DNA of 64,000 bases from Candidatus Dormibacteria bacterium (GTDB taxonomy: Bacteria > Chloroflexota > Dormibacteria > Aeolococcales > Bog-877): assembly GCA_050734515.1 (NCBI GenBank), contig JBOHUM010000014.1, positions 65,089-129,088 on the forward strand, given 5' to 3'. Both the position numbers and the translations under genes were made by a program. Below the pieces are notes generated by a model. The model did not search any database. It was not told the DNA's origin and was given only the letters and a program-made list of their open reading frames with translations. Of this stretch, positions 20,075 through 29,059 are shown piece by piece; positions within the stretch are counted from its first letter, which is position 1; each line of letters begins with the position of its first letter.

Positions 20075-22540
20075 GTGGCCATCGACCAGGGGGGCCGACC
20101 CGGGGGCATTCGCGGCGTGGAGCTGGTCCAGGAGATGCGCGACTCCTACCTGGTCTACGCCATGAGTGTGATCGTGGCACGCGCCCTCCCCGACGTGCGT
20201 GACGGGCTCAAACCGGTGCAGCGCCGAATCCTCTACGCGATGCAGGACCAGGGGATGACCCCGGGAAGCAACACCCAAAAGTGCGCCGCGATCGTCGGTG
20301 AGGTTTTGAAGAACTACCACCCCCACGGGGACATCTCGGTCTACGACACCCTGGTCCGACTGGCCCAGCCCTGGGTGATGCGCTACCCACTGGTCGATGG
20401 GCAGGGCAACTTCGGCTCCCCCGAGGGCGACCCCGCGGCCGCCTACCGCTACACCGAGGCCCGCATGACCCCGATCGCCGCCGAGATGCTGGCCGACATC
20501 GAGAAGGACACCGTTGACTTCGTCGACAACTACTCGGCCACCAAGAAGGAGCCCGCGGTGCTCCCCGCGGCCATGCCCAACCTCTTGGTCAACGGGGTCT
20601 CGGGGATTGCGGTGGGGATGGCGACCAGCATCCCTCCCCACAACCTCACCGAGATCTGCAACGGCCTGGTGCACCTCATTGACCACCCCGAGGCGGCCAT
20701 CGAGGAGCTGATGCGCCTGATCCCCGGCCCCGACTTCCCCACCGGCGGCATCATCTATGCCCGCGACCTGGCCCAGGTCTACGGCACCGGGCACGGCCGG
20801 GTGGTGCAGCGAGCCCGGGTCCTCTTCGAGGAGTCCAAGTCGGGCCGGGAGCAGATCATCATCACCGAGCTGCCCTACCAGGTGAACCCCAGCAGCGTCC
20901 TGCAGACCATCGCCGCGCTGGTCAACGAGCGCAAGCTCGAGGGGATCGCCGACCTCCGCAACGAGACCGGGAGGCGGGAGGGCACACGGCTGGTGATCGA
21001 GCTCAAACGCGACGCCCGACCCTACACCGTCCTCAACAACCTCTACAAGCACACCCAGCTGCAGTCGACCTTCTCCTGCATCCTCCTGGCGCTGGTGGAC
21101 GGCCGCCCCCAGGTGCTGTCGCTCCGGGCCATGCTCCAGCACTACCTCGAGTACCGGCGGGTGGTGGTGGAGCGTCGCACCCGGCACGACCTGGAGCGAG
21201 CTCGCGAGCGCGCTCACATCGTCGAGGGCCTGCGGATCTGCCTGCAGAACCTCGACGAGGTGATCCGCCTGATCCGGGCCGCCTCCGACGAGACCACTGC
21301 CCAACGCCAGCTGGAGCAGCGGTTCAGCCTGAGCGAGCGCCAGAGCAAGGCGATAGTCGACATGCGCCTCGGCCGACTGACCCGGCTGGAACGGGACAAG
21401 CTGGAGCAGGAGCACGCCGAGCTGCTGCTGCGCATCGCCGAGCTGGCGGAGGTGCTGGCCAGCCGCGACCGGCTCATGGCAGTGGTCCGGGAGGAGCTGC
21501 TGGCCCTGCGCCGCAAGTACGGCGACGAGCGTCGCACCGAGATCACCTACGGTGACATCGAGCTCAACGAGGAGGACCTGATCCCCCGGGAGCAGGTGGT
21601 GGTCACCCTGACCCACCGCGGCTACATCAAGCGCACCCCGGCCACCGACTACCGATCTCAGCGCCGCGGGGGCAAGGGGGTGGTGGGGGCCAAACGGGTG
21701 GGCGAGGAGGACTACGTCGAACACCTCCAGGTCGCCTCCACCCACTCGGACCTGCTGTTCTTCACCAACCGAGGCCGGGTGTTCCGGCTGCGCACCCACG
21801 AGGTGCCCGACGTGTCCCGCCAGGCCAAGGGCACCGCGGTGATCAACCTGGTGGAGGTGGACCAGGGCGAGCGGGTGACGTCGATGATCTCGGTTGACGC
21901 CTACTCCGATGAGACCTACATGGTCATGGCCACCCTCCACGGTCACATCAAGAAGACCCCGGCCGCCGCCTACGCCTCCGTCCGGCGCAACGGCCTGATC
22001 GCCATGAGCCTGGGGGAGGGGGACGAGCTCAACTGGGTGCGCATCTCAACTGGCGGCGACCAGATCCTGCTGGTCACCCGGCGGGGCAAGGCGCTGCGCT
22101 TCAGCGAGAAGCAGGTGCGGCCCATGGGGCGCGACACCCAGGGAGTTACCGCGGTCCGGCTCCAGCCCGGGGACCTGGTGGCGGGGGTGGACATCGTCCG
22201 CCCCCAGGGCCACGTGCTGGTGGTGACTCAGAACGGCTACGGCAAGCTGACCCCGGTCCCCGACTATCCGGTCAAGAGCAGGGCCATCCAGGGCGTCTAC
22301 ACGCTCGACCAGCACGCCATCGCCAAGGTCGGAGAGATCGTGGGCATGCAGCTGGTGGAGGACCTGTCCCAGGAGCTGATGCTGATCTCGACCCGGGGCC
22401 AGATCATCCGCATGCCGCTGGAGGGGGTGCGGATCTCCTCGCGCCAGACCCGGGGGGTGATCCTGATGCGGCTCGACGACGGGGACCAGGTGGGGTCGAT
22501 CGCCGGCGTGGCCCCCCCAGGCGACCTCGAGGAGTCGTAG
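20075..22540 (+). CDS. gyrA: DNA gyrase subunit A
   Basis: 821 aa with YAMSVIVARALPDVRDGLKPVQRRILYAM, the active-site AAYRYTEARM and C-terminal beta-pinwheel repeats. Confidence 0.97.
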   Translation: MAIDQGGRPGGIRGVELVQEMRDSYLVYAMSVIVARALPDVRDGLKPVQRRILYAMQDQGMTPGSNTQKCAAIVGEVLKNYHPHGDISVYDTLVRLAQPWVMRYPLVDGQGNFGSPEGDPAAAYRYTEARMTPIAAEMLADIEKDTVDFVDNYSATKKEPAVLPAAMPNLLVNGVSGIAVGMATSIPPHNLTEICNGLVHLIDHPEAAIEELMRLIPGPDFPTGGIIYARDLAQVYGTGHGRVVQRARVLFEESKSGREQIIITELPYQVNPSSVLQTIAALVNERKLEGIADLRNETGRREGTRLVIELKRDARPYTVLNNLYKHTQLQSTFSCILLALVDGRPQVLSLRAMLQHYLEYRRVVVERRTRHDLERARERAHIVEGLRICLQNLDEVIRLIRAASDETTAQRQLEQRFSLSERQSKAIVDMRLGRLTRLERDKLEQEHAELLLRIAELAEVLASRDRLMAVVREELLALRRKYGDERRTEITYGDIELNEEDLIPREQVVVTLTHRGYIKRTPATDYRSQRRGGKGVVGAKRVGEEDYVEHLQVASTHSDLLFFTNRGRVFRLRTHEVPDVSRQAKGTAVINLVEVDQGERVTSMISVDAYSDETYMVMATLHGHIKKTPAAAYASVRRNGLIAMSLGEGDELNWVRISTGGDQILLVTRRGKALRFSEKQVRPMGRDTQGVTAVRLQPGDLVAGVDIVRPQGHVLVVTQNGYGKLTPVPDYPVKSRAIQGVYTLDQHAIAKVGEIVGMQLVEDLSQELMLISTRGQIIRMPLEGVRISSRQTRGVILMRLDDGDQVGSIAGVAPPGDLEES

Positions 22541-22626
22541 CGGTGCCCCCGGCCGACCGGGGTTGGGGCGGCTAGACCATCCTCGGCCACCTGGTCCAAC
22601 AGCTGGACCACCTGCCCGCGCTCGGC

Positions 22627-23208
22627 GTGTACCTGTTCATCCTCGCCTGGCTGGCCGCCGAGTCGGTGGGCGTTCCCCTGCCCGATGAGGCCGTGCTGCT
22701 GACCCTGGGCTACCTGGTCCACAAGGGCACCGTCGATCTGGCCCCGGCGATCGCCTGCGCCTTCGCCGGGGCGGTGATCGGGTCCACCATCTCGTACCAG
22801 CTAGGGCTCACCCTGGGGCGCCCGGTGGTGGCCCGGATTGCCGGACGGCTGGGGATCCGGGCCGGGCGTCTGGAGGAGGGCGAGGCCTGGATGAGACGCC
22901 GGGGCGGGCCGGGGGTGTTTCTCACTCGCATCCTGCCCATCGCCCGCAACGTTGCCTCCTGGGCCGCGGGGATCGCCGGCATCCCCCGCCGGGTCTTCTT
23001 CCCGGCGATGGTGAGCGGATCCCTGCTCTGGTCGGTGACCGTGATCTCGGTGGGGGATGCGCTCGGCGCCCACTACCGCGACGTGCTCCACATGGGAGGC
23101 CTCGGCATCCTGGTGGGGCTGGGGGCGGTGGTGCTGGTGGTGGTGGCCTGGATCGCCTGGCGGGTGCTGCGCCGCCGGCGAGGGGCGCGGCCCCCCGCCC
23201 CGGGTTGA
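22627..23208 (+). CDS. DedA-family (SNARE-associated) membrane protein
   Basis: ESVGVPLPDE..LL..G, F..R.LPI.R...S..AG. The first canonical start is the GTG at 22627. The frame is open back to 22576 and encodes a DedA-like N-terminal helix with only CTG/ATC codons (see finding). Confidence 0.8.
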   Translation: MYLFILAWLAAESVGVPLPDEAVLLTLGYLVHKGTVDLAPAIACAFAGAVIGSTISYQLGLTLGRPVVARIAGRLGIRAGRLEEGEAWMRRRGGPGVFLTRILPIARNVASWAAGIAGIPRRVFFPAMVSGSLLWSVTVISVGDALGAHYRDVLHMGGLGILVGLGAVVLVVVAWIAWRVLRRRRGARPPAPG

Positions 23209-23209
23209 G

Positions 23210-23728
23210 CTAGGGGATCACCGCCGGCGCCGGACCGGCGCTCTCGGGCAGCGGTGGGCGGATCAGGATCAGGCGGCAGGGGGCGTGCCGCAGCAACTCC
23301 TCCCCGGTGGTCCCCAGAGTGAACTCACCAAACTGTGGTTTGGTGCCCAAACCAACCACCATCAGGTCGGCCTCCCAGCGCCGGGCCTCGTCCACCACCG
23401 CCGGGCCCGCCTCCCGGGCCTGGAGCACGGCGGTGCGGATCCGGGTATCGAGTCGGGAGGCGATGCCCTCCATCGTCTCCAGGAGCTCCTCCGCCCGGGC
23501 CAGGTCCTCGCCCAGCCTGGCGGACAGGGGCAGGTTGCGGGCCACCTCCAGCACCGTCAGCACCAGGACCTGAGCCTTGGTGGGCCGGGCCAGCCGGCAG
23601 GCGGCGCGGAGCGCCTCGTGGTCGACGTCGTCGCCCCGTACCGGCACCACGATCCGGTGCGGCCAGAGCACGCCCTGGCGGGCCGGCTCGGACCCCGGAG
23701 GGCGCGAGCGAAAGATACGGGAGGCCAC
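23210..23728 (-). CDS. universal stress protein (UspA family)
   Basis: 172 aa with IVVPVRGDDVDHEALRAA, DLMVVGLGTK and G.TGEELLRHAPCRLILIR. The GTG start has GAGAAT 6 nt upstream. Confidence 0.8.
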   Translation of the reverse strand: MASRIFRSRPPGSEPARQGVLWPHRIVVPVRGDDVDHEALRAACRLARPTKAQVLVLTVLEVARNLPLSARLGEDLARAEELLETMEGIASRLDTRIRTAVLQAREAGPAVVDEARRWEADLMVVGLGTKPQFGEFTLGTTGEELLRHAPCRLILIRPPLPESAGPAPAVIP

Positions 23729-23809
23729 GGGGCCATTCTCGCCGCTGGCGCGGCTCTGCGGCGGCCCCGGGTGCCGTCGGGCCAGGGCGGGAGCCCGTTC
23801 AGAGCGCGG

Positions 23810-23815
23810 ATATAC
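23810..23815 (+). promoter_or_regulatory. -10 box TATACT, 8 nt upstream of the trkA-N ATG
   Basis: TATACTcggcccccATG. Confidence 0.4.
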
Positions 23816-23823
23816 TCGGCCCC

Positions 23824-24285
23824 ATGAGGGTCGTGATCGTCGGCTGCGGCCGGGTGGGGTCGACGGTGGCCCGTGACCTGGCCGGGGCTGGCCACGACGT
23901 GGCCGTGGTCGACCTCCAGAGGCGAGCCTTCGAGCGCCTGGGCCGGGACTTCCCCGGGCGCTTGATCCTGGGCAGTGGCATCGACCAGGAGGTGCTGGAG
24001 CAGGCAGGTGCCCAGGGCGCCGACTGCTTCCTCTCGGTCACCAACGGCGACAACCGCAACGTGATGTCAGCGCAGGTCGCCAAGGAGATCTTCAAGATCC
24101 CCAAGGTCATGACCCGGATCTACGACCCGATCCGGGAGCGGGTGTATCGGGAGATGGGCCTCTACACCTATTGCCCCACCGTGACCGGCGCCGCCATCGC
24201 CCACACCTATTTCGTGTCCGGCCCCGAGGAGGCGGACCGGGCGCGCCACGCGGTGGCGGCCTCGGGGGCGCTGGGCGGTGCCTGA
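23824..24285 (+). CDS. TrkA-N (RCK N-terminal, NAD-binding) potassium-uptake regulatory protein
   Basis: MRVVIVGCGRVGSTVARDLAGAGHDVAVVD is a Rossmann start. This is an ATG inside ORF 23335..24285, with TATACT 8 nt upstream. Confidence 0.85.
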   Translation: MRVVIVGCGRVGSTVARDLAGAGHDVAVVDLQRRAFERLGRDFPGRLILGSGIDQEVLEQAGAQGADCFLSVTNGDNRNVMSAQVAKEIFKIPKVMTRIYDPIRERVYREMGLYTYCPTVTGAAIAHTYFVSGPEEADRARHAVAASGALGGA

Positions 24286-24961
24286 GCGGATCCCCTACGT
24301 GATCGTGATCGGGGCCGGCAAGGTCGGCTTCTACCTCAGCCGGCACCTGCTGGAGGGCGGCTACGAGGTGGCCCTGATCGAGAAGGATCCGGGCCGGGCC
24401 GCCCTGGTGTCGGCGCAGCTGGGCAGCTGCGCCTGCTTGGTGGGGGATGGTGACGAGATGTCGTTCCTGGCCACCAGCGGGATCGAGCGCGCCGACGTGG
24501 TGGCGGCGGTCACGGGTGACGACGAGGACAACCTGGTCGCCTGCCAGCTGGCCAAGCGCCAGTTTCACGTGCCCCGCACCATCGCCCGGGTCAACAACCC
24601 CCGCAACGTACGGCTCTTCCATCAGCTAGGCGTGGACGTGGCCGTCTCCGCAACCGAGCTGATCCTGGGAGTGATCGAGACCGGCCTGGCCAGCCACGGC
24701 GACGTCCTCCAGATGCCCGTCAGCGGCAGCGACGCGGCGGTGGTGCGGGTGACCGTTCCCCTGGGGGGAGCGGTGGGTCACCGCCCCAGCGAGATCGCCG
24801 ACCTGGCCCGGGAGCGCCTGCTGCTCCTGGTACGGGAGGGCCGCCAGCTCGACCTCGACTCGGCCCTGGAGGCGGGGGACCAGATCGTCCTCTTCACCGC
24901 GCGACCGGCCTCCGACTTCGTGCTGGAGCAGCCCGAACTGCTGGTGCCGGCGACCCGCTGA
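24278..24961 (+). CDS. trkA: Trk/Ktr-type potassium-uptake regulatory protein (TrkA-N plus TrkA-C)
   Basis: VIVIGAGKVGFYLSRHLLEGGYEVALIE, followed by a C-terminal RCK-C-like segment. It overlaps the preceding trkA-like gene by 8 nt. Confidence 0.85.
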   Translation: MPERIPYVIVIGAGKVGFYLSRHLLEGGYEVALIEKDPGRAALVSAQLGSCACLVGDGDEMSFLATSGIERADVVAAVTGDDEDNLVACQLAKRQFHVPRTIARVNNPRNVRLFHQLGVDVAVSATELILGVIETGLASHGDVLQMPVSGSDAAVVRVTVPLGGAVGHRPSEIADLARERLLLLVREGRQLDLDSALEAGDQIVLFTARPASDFVLEQPELLVPATR

Positions 24962-24998
24962 GGCGGCGGCCGGGGACGGCCCCGGTGCGGCCGGCTGG

Positions 24999-26396
24999 CT
25001 AACTTCCCCTCAGGGCGTCCCGGCCCATTCTCCCGTAGGTCTCCCAGAGGCGGGCAACCGCCTCCATGCCCCGGTTGAGCTGGGCCAGGCTGACCCGCTC
25101 GTTGGGCGCGTGGAAGCGGTCGCCCGGCAGCGAGACCCCCAGCAGGACGCAGGGAAGCTGGAGCTGCTCGGCGAGCAGCGCCACCGCCGGGATGCTGCCC
25201 CCTTCGCGCAGGAAGACCGGGCTCTCCCCCCAGACCTCGGCCACGACCTCGGCGGCGGCCAGCACCGCAGGATGCTGGGACGGCGTCAGGGCCCATCGCC
25301 CCGACGAGATCGGTGTGAACTCCAAATCCACCGCCTCCGGGGCCTGCCGGCGCAGGAAGTCGCCGACCAGCGCGGTGACTTGCTCGGGCACCTGGTTGGG
25401 AACCAGCCTCGAGGAGAGCTTGGCCGCCGCCCAGGCCGGGATCACCGTCTTGGAGCCCTCGCCCTGGTAGCCGCCCCAGATCCCGCAGATCTCCATGGTG
25501 GGCCGGATGGTGCGGCGCTCCAGGGTGGTGAACCCGGCTTCGCCCGCGGGGTGGGCCCCAACGTCGGCCAGGAACTCGGCGGCGTCGAAGGGAAGCGCGG
25601 CCAGTTCCGCCCGGGCCGCGGCGCCGAGCTCGACGACCTGGTCGTAGAAGCCCGGGACCGCCACCCTACCCTCGGGATCGTGGAGGGCTGCCAGCATCTC
25701 CACCAGGACGGTGATGGGGTTGAGAACGGCGCCGCCGTAGACGCCGGAGTGCAGGTCGGTGGCGGCGCACCTGACCCGGACCTCCCAGTAGTCGAGTCCG
25801 CGCACTCCCACCGTCAGGGCGGGGAGATCCTCGGCCAGCATCCCGGTGTCGGAGATCACCGCCACATCGGCCTGCAGACGCTCGCGGTGGGCATGGAGGA
25901 GGGCCTCGAAGTGGTCGGAACCGTCCTCCTCCTCGCCCTCGACGATCAGCTTGAGGTTCAACGGCAGGCGCCGACGAGCGTCGAGATAGCCACGCACCGC
26001 CTCCAGGTGCATGAGCATGTGGCCCTTGTCATCGGAGGTTCCCCGGCCGAGGAGCAGGCCGTCGCGCTCCAGGGCCTCGAAGGGTGGCTTCTCCCACTCG
26101 TCCACGGGATCCACCGGCTGGACGTCGTGGTGACCGTAGACCAGGATGGTGGGGAGTGCCGGGTCCTCGAGGCGCTCGGCGAAGACCGCCGGATGCCCGT
26201 CCGTCTCCCAGATCTCGGCGACGCTGAACCCTGCCTCCCGGGCAGCGCCCTGGAGGTACTCGGCCGAACGGCGCACATCCCCCTTCCGCTCGGGGTCGGT
26301 GCTGACGGACGGGATCGCCACCCACCTGGTCAGCGCCTCGACCAAGGGGCGCTGGCGCCGGGCGATCGCCTCGCTTAGCTGAGGATCACCGCTCAC
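24999..26396 (-). CDS. M20-family dipeptidase/metallopeptidase
   Basis: 465 aa with LVYGHHDVQP, GRGTSDDKG, IVEGEEE.GS and a dimerisation lid domain. Confidence 0.9.
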   Translation of the reverse strand: MSGDPQLSEAIARRQRPLVEALTRWVAIPSVSTDPERKGDVRRSAEYLQGAAREAGFSVAEIWETDGHPAVFAERLEDPALPTILVYGHHDVQPVDPVDEWEKPPFEALERDGLLLGRGTSDDKGHMLMHLEAVRGYLDARRRLPLNLKLIVEGEEEDGSDHFEALLHAHRERLQADVAVISDTGMLAEDLPALTVGVRGLDYWEVRVRCAATDLHSGVYGGAVLNPITVLVEMLAALHDPEGRVAVPGFYDQVVELGAAARAELAALPFDAAEFLADVGAHPAGEAGFTTLERRTIRPTMEICGIWGGYQGEGSKTVIPAWAAAKLSSRLVPNQVPEQVTALVGDFLRRQAPEAVDLEFTPISSGRWALTPSQHPAVLAAAEVVAEVWGESPVFLREGGSIPAVALLAEQLQLPCVLLGVSLPGDRFHAPNERVSLAQLNRGMEAVARLWETYGRMGRDALRGS

Positions 26397-26442
26397 CGGC
26401 CCTCGCCCCCAGCTTCGGGGGCGGGGCCGCTCGAGCCTAGCC

Positions 26443-26592
26443 TCAGGCGGCCTTCCCGATCTTGAAGATCTTGGTGCCGCAAACGGGGCAGGTACCGGTG
26501 GTGGCCGGCTTCCCGTTCTTGAGCTGGGTCGGCTGGGGGTTCTTGATCTCCCTCGCCTCTTTGCACTTCATGCAGAAGCCGGTCACGGCCAT
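26443..26592 (-). CDS. small zinc-ribbon protein (DUF5679-like)
   Basis: 49 aa: MAVTGFCMKCKEAREIKNPQPTQLKNGKPATTGTCPVCGTKIFKIGKAA, with CxxC...CxxC. GGAGG lies 7 nt upstream of the ATG. The family name is from memory. Confidence 0.7.
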   Translation of the reverse strand: MAVTGFCMKCKEAREIKNPQPTQLKNGKPATTGTCPVCGTKIFKIGKAA

Positions 26593-26649
26593 CTCTGTAC
26601 CCCTCCGCTGGAAGTAGAGCCCGAACTCAGGTACCGGGCGGTCAGCCGC

Positions 26650-26678
26650 ATTGTATTGACCCATCTCACCGCCCGCAA
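26650..26678 (-). promoter_or_regulatory. sigma-70-type promoter candidate TTGCGG-17-TACAAT for the DUF5679-like gene
   Basis: The minus strand reads TTGCGGgcggtgagatgggtcaaTACAAT, about 55 nt upstream of the ATG at 26592. Confidence 0.4.
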
Positions 26679-26743
26679 GCCGGACGGCGGAAATTCGACC
26701 TCGGCCGCGGGTCCGGCACCAACTCCGCGGCAGGCCCGCGAAG

Positions 26744-27673
26744 TCAGGCGGAGCCGCCCCCGGGCTGATCCCGCCGGAGCAGCCAGCCGTGGATCCCGGC
26801 GGCGTTGGAGGCCAGCCCATTGAGGAGGTCGGCAGGAGGCTGGCGCGCCGGCTGCGGTCCCTCCAGGTCGGTAATCCCGGCTCGCAGCGCCTGTTCGACG
26901 TGTGCCACCGTGGGCGTCTCCACATATGCCTTTTCAGCGATGGCGCACCAGTGGCGCAGCCGATCCTCGGCCTCAGTCAGGACAGCCTCGGGCTCGCCCG
27001 CCGGGCCGAAGTGGGTCAGGACCAACTGCCGGGGCCGCAGCTCCCGGAAGCGATGCAGGGAGGAGATCGCCTGGTCTAGGTCAAAGTCGTCGGGAGGGGT
27101 GGCCGGCCGCAGCGGACCCCCCGAGGGGAGCTTGACCCCGACCGCGTCGCCCACCAGCAGCACACCCTGGCTCTCCTCCAGGACCCCCAGGTGGTGCTTG
27201 GCGTGGCCGGGGGAGTGGACCAGGAGCAGCCGCCTGCCCGAGCCTAGCTCGAGCGCCTGGCCGTCCTCTGCGCCCTGCAGCCTGTCGGCGTCCACCGCCG
27301 ACATGCCGCCGTAGAGGGAGTCCATCCGCTCCCCGTAGACCTGGGAGGCGGCGGCCACCAGCCGTTCCGGGTTGGCCAGGTGGCGCAACCCCCGGGGATG
27401 GCAGACGACTCGCGCCCGGGGGAACCGGCGGGCCAGCTCGCCCACGCCCCCCCCGTGGTCCAGGTGGATGTGGCTCAGCACCACCCAGGCGAGATCGTTC
27501 GGCGCCAGTCCCAGGCGGTCCAGGGCGGTGATCACCTTTCCCGCGTCCCGCTGGGGCCCGGTCTCCACCAGGCACGGCTGTTCGGCCTCGATCAGGAAAA
27601 CCGAGTTCACCCCCTCCCAGCCCCCGAGATGGGTGTCGATCTGGCGAATCCCGGGCGCCAGCAGCTGGTCCAT
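26744..27673 (-). CDS. MBL-fold metallo-hydrolase
   Basis: 309 aa with SHIHLDHGGG, and later HSPGH and [11 protein letters not shown] Shine-Dalgarno upstream. Confidence 0.85.
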   Translation of the reverse strand: MDQLLAPGIRQIDTHLGGWEGVNSVFLIEAEQPCLVETGPQRDAGKVITALDRLGLAPNDLAWVVLSHIHLDHGGGVGELARRFPRARVVCHPRGLRHLANPERLVAAASQVYGERMDSLYGGMSAVDADRLQGAEDGQALELGSGRRLLLVHSPGHAKHHLGVLEESQGVLLVGDAVGVKLPSGGPLRPATPPDDFDLDQAISSLHRFRELRPRQLVLTHFGPAGEPEAVLTEAEDRLRHWCAIAEKAYVETPTVAHVEQALRAGITDLEGPQPARQPPADLLNGLASNAAGIHGWLLRRDQPGGGSA

Positions 27674-27769
27674 GCCTACCTCCCTCCGGCTCCTCCATCA
27701 GCCGACCTCAGGCTACGGTAGCCGCGCCCGGGGGCTTGTGAACCAGGCGGCCGACGCCGGGACCGCACC

Positions 27770-27775
27770 TATACT
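27770..27775 (+). promoter_or_regulatory. -10 box TATACT, 7 nt upstream of the GTG at 27783
   Basis: TATACTcgcggccGTG. Confidence 0.4.
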
Positions 27776-27782
27776 CGCGGCC

Positions 27783-28253
27783 GTGGACCGTCCCCCAGAA
27801 CCGGAGGCGGCGGAGCCGGGCGCGCCCGAGGACCCAGCCCTCGAGCCCGGGTTCCTCGACCCCGAGTCGCCCCGCTACCAGCCGTGGGCGGAGAAGCAGA
27901 TCTTCAACGCCAGCAAGGAGAAGCGACCGCTGGCGGAGTTCCTGGAGGAGTTTGGCGCCCGGATCGAGGCCCTGGGCGGCCCCGACCAGCCCCACTGGGA
28001 TCGTGAGCACAACGCCCGGGCGCTGGCCCGGTTCGTCGCGCCGGCGGGGCCCCAGCACCCGCGCCGGCACCGCCGCGCGGGCACCAGCCGCGGCGCCGGT
28101 CAGGCGGGTCCGCGTCAGACGCCGCAGGCTGAGGGGAGCTCCGCCGGGGAGGGTGGCGGCGCCCGGAGCGCAGGCGGGGGCGGAGCGAGGCGGCGGCGCC
28201 GCCGGGGACCACGCGGCCGGGGGCACCCGGCGGGCCACGCCCCCGCCCCTTGA
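27783..28253 (+). CDS. hypothetical protein (acidic Pro/Glu-rich N-terminus, Arg/Gly-rich C-terminus)
   Basis: In-frame GTG with TATACT 7 nt upstream. An alternative GTG lies at 27738. The central block PRYQPWAEKQIFNASKEKRPLAEFLEEFGARIEALGG looks globular. The stop overlaps the next gene's TTG (TTGA). Confidence 0.45.
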   Translation: MDRPPEPEAAEPGAPEDPALEPGFLDPESPRYQPWAEKQIFNASKEKRPLAEFLEEFGARIEALGGPDQPHWDREHNARALARFVAPAGPQHPRRHRRAGTSRGAGQAGPRQTPQAEGSSAGEGGGARSAGGGGARRRRRRGPRGRGHPAGHAPAP

Positions 28254-28972
28254 GAGTCAGCGACTCCCCGCGGGGGATCGCCTTCGACTACGGGCACACC
28301 CTGGTGCGGTTGCGGCGGCCGGTGGCGGCGCTGGAGCGGGCGGGAGCCGACCTGGCCGGCCTGCTGCGCCCGGGTGGGTGGTCCGGGGACGCCGCGGCTC
28401 TGGGGCCGGCGCTGGACACCGAGGTCGACCGCCTCGCCGACCAGGCACACCTGGAGGAGCCGGAGGTCGAGGTGGACGCCTCGGCCATCTATCGGCAGGC
28501 GCTGCGGGCGCTGCTCGGGGCCGAGCCCAGCGACGAGCTGGTGCGCCGGGCCCTGCTCGGCACCCAGCGTGCCTGGGTCGAGGGCGTGCTTCCCGACCCC
28601 ACGGCGCTACCGGTCCTGGCCCAACTGCAGCACCGGGGCCTGCGCCTGGGCCTGTGCTCCAACGCCCTTTATCCCCCGGACCTGATGCGGGAGCAGCTGG
28701 CCCGGCTGGGTCTTGCCGGCTACTTCCACGCCACCCTCTTCACCAGCGAGATCGGCTGGCGCAAGCCGGCGGCCAGGGTCTTCCAGGAGCTGCTGGCGCG
28801 GCTGGAGCTGCCGGCGGACCAGGTCTGGTTCGTGGGCGACGACTGGGAGGCCGACATCGTCGGCAGCCGGCGCAGCGGCATGCGGGCCCTGGTGGCGCCC
28901 GGCGGCTGCAGCCGGGATCCGGCCGTGCCCGTCCTCGGCGGCTGGCCCGACCTGCTGCAGATGATCGGCTGA
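28250..28972 (+). CDS. HAD-superfamily hydrolase
   Basis: Motif I-like IAFDYGHTL, motif III/IV WFVGDDWEADIVGSRRSGMRA. Confidence 0.8.
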   Translation: MRVSDSPRGIAFDYGHTLVRLRRPVAALERAGADLAGLLRPGGWSGDAAALGPALDTEVDRLADQAHLEEPEVEVDASAIYRQALRALLGAEPSDELVRRALLGTQRAWVEGVLPDPTALPVLAQLQHRGLRLGLCSNALYPPDLMREQLARLGLAGYFHATLFTSEIGWRKPAARVFQELLARLELPADQVWFVGDDWEADIVGSRRSGMRALVAPGGCSRDPAVPVLGGWPDLLQMIG

Positions 28973-29047
28973 GTGGCTGGGCAGATGGGCGGGGCCGGGC
29001 GGCGGGGCGCCTCCACCCTTCTCGGCCGACGACCGAACTTCCATTCG

Positions 29048-29053
29048 TAGACT
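29048..29053 (+). promoter_or_regulatory. -10 box TAGACT, 6 nt upstream of the proS ATG (leaderless candidate)
   Basis: TAGACTgggcggATG. Confidence 0.45.
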
Positions 29054-29059
29054 GGGCGG

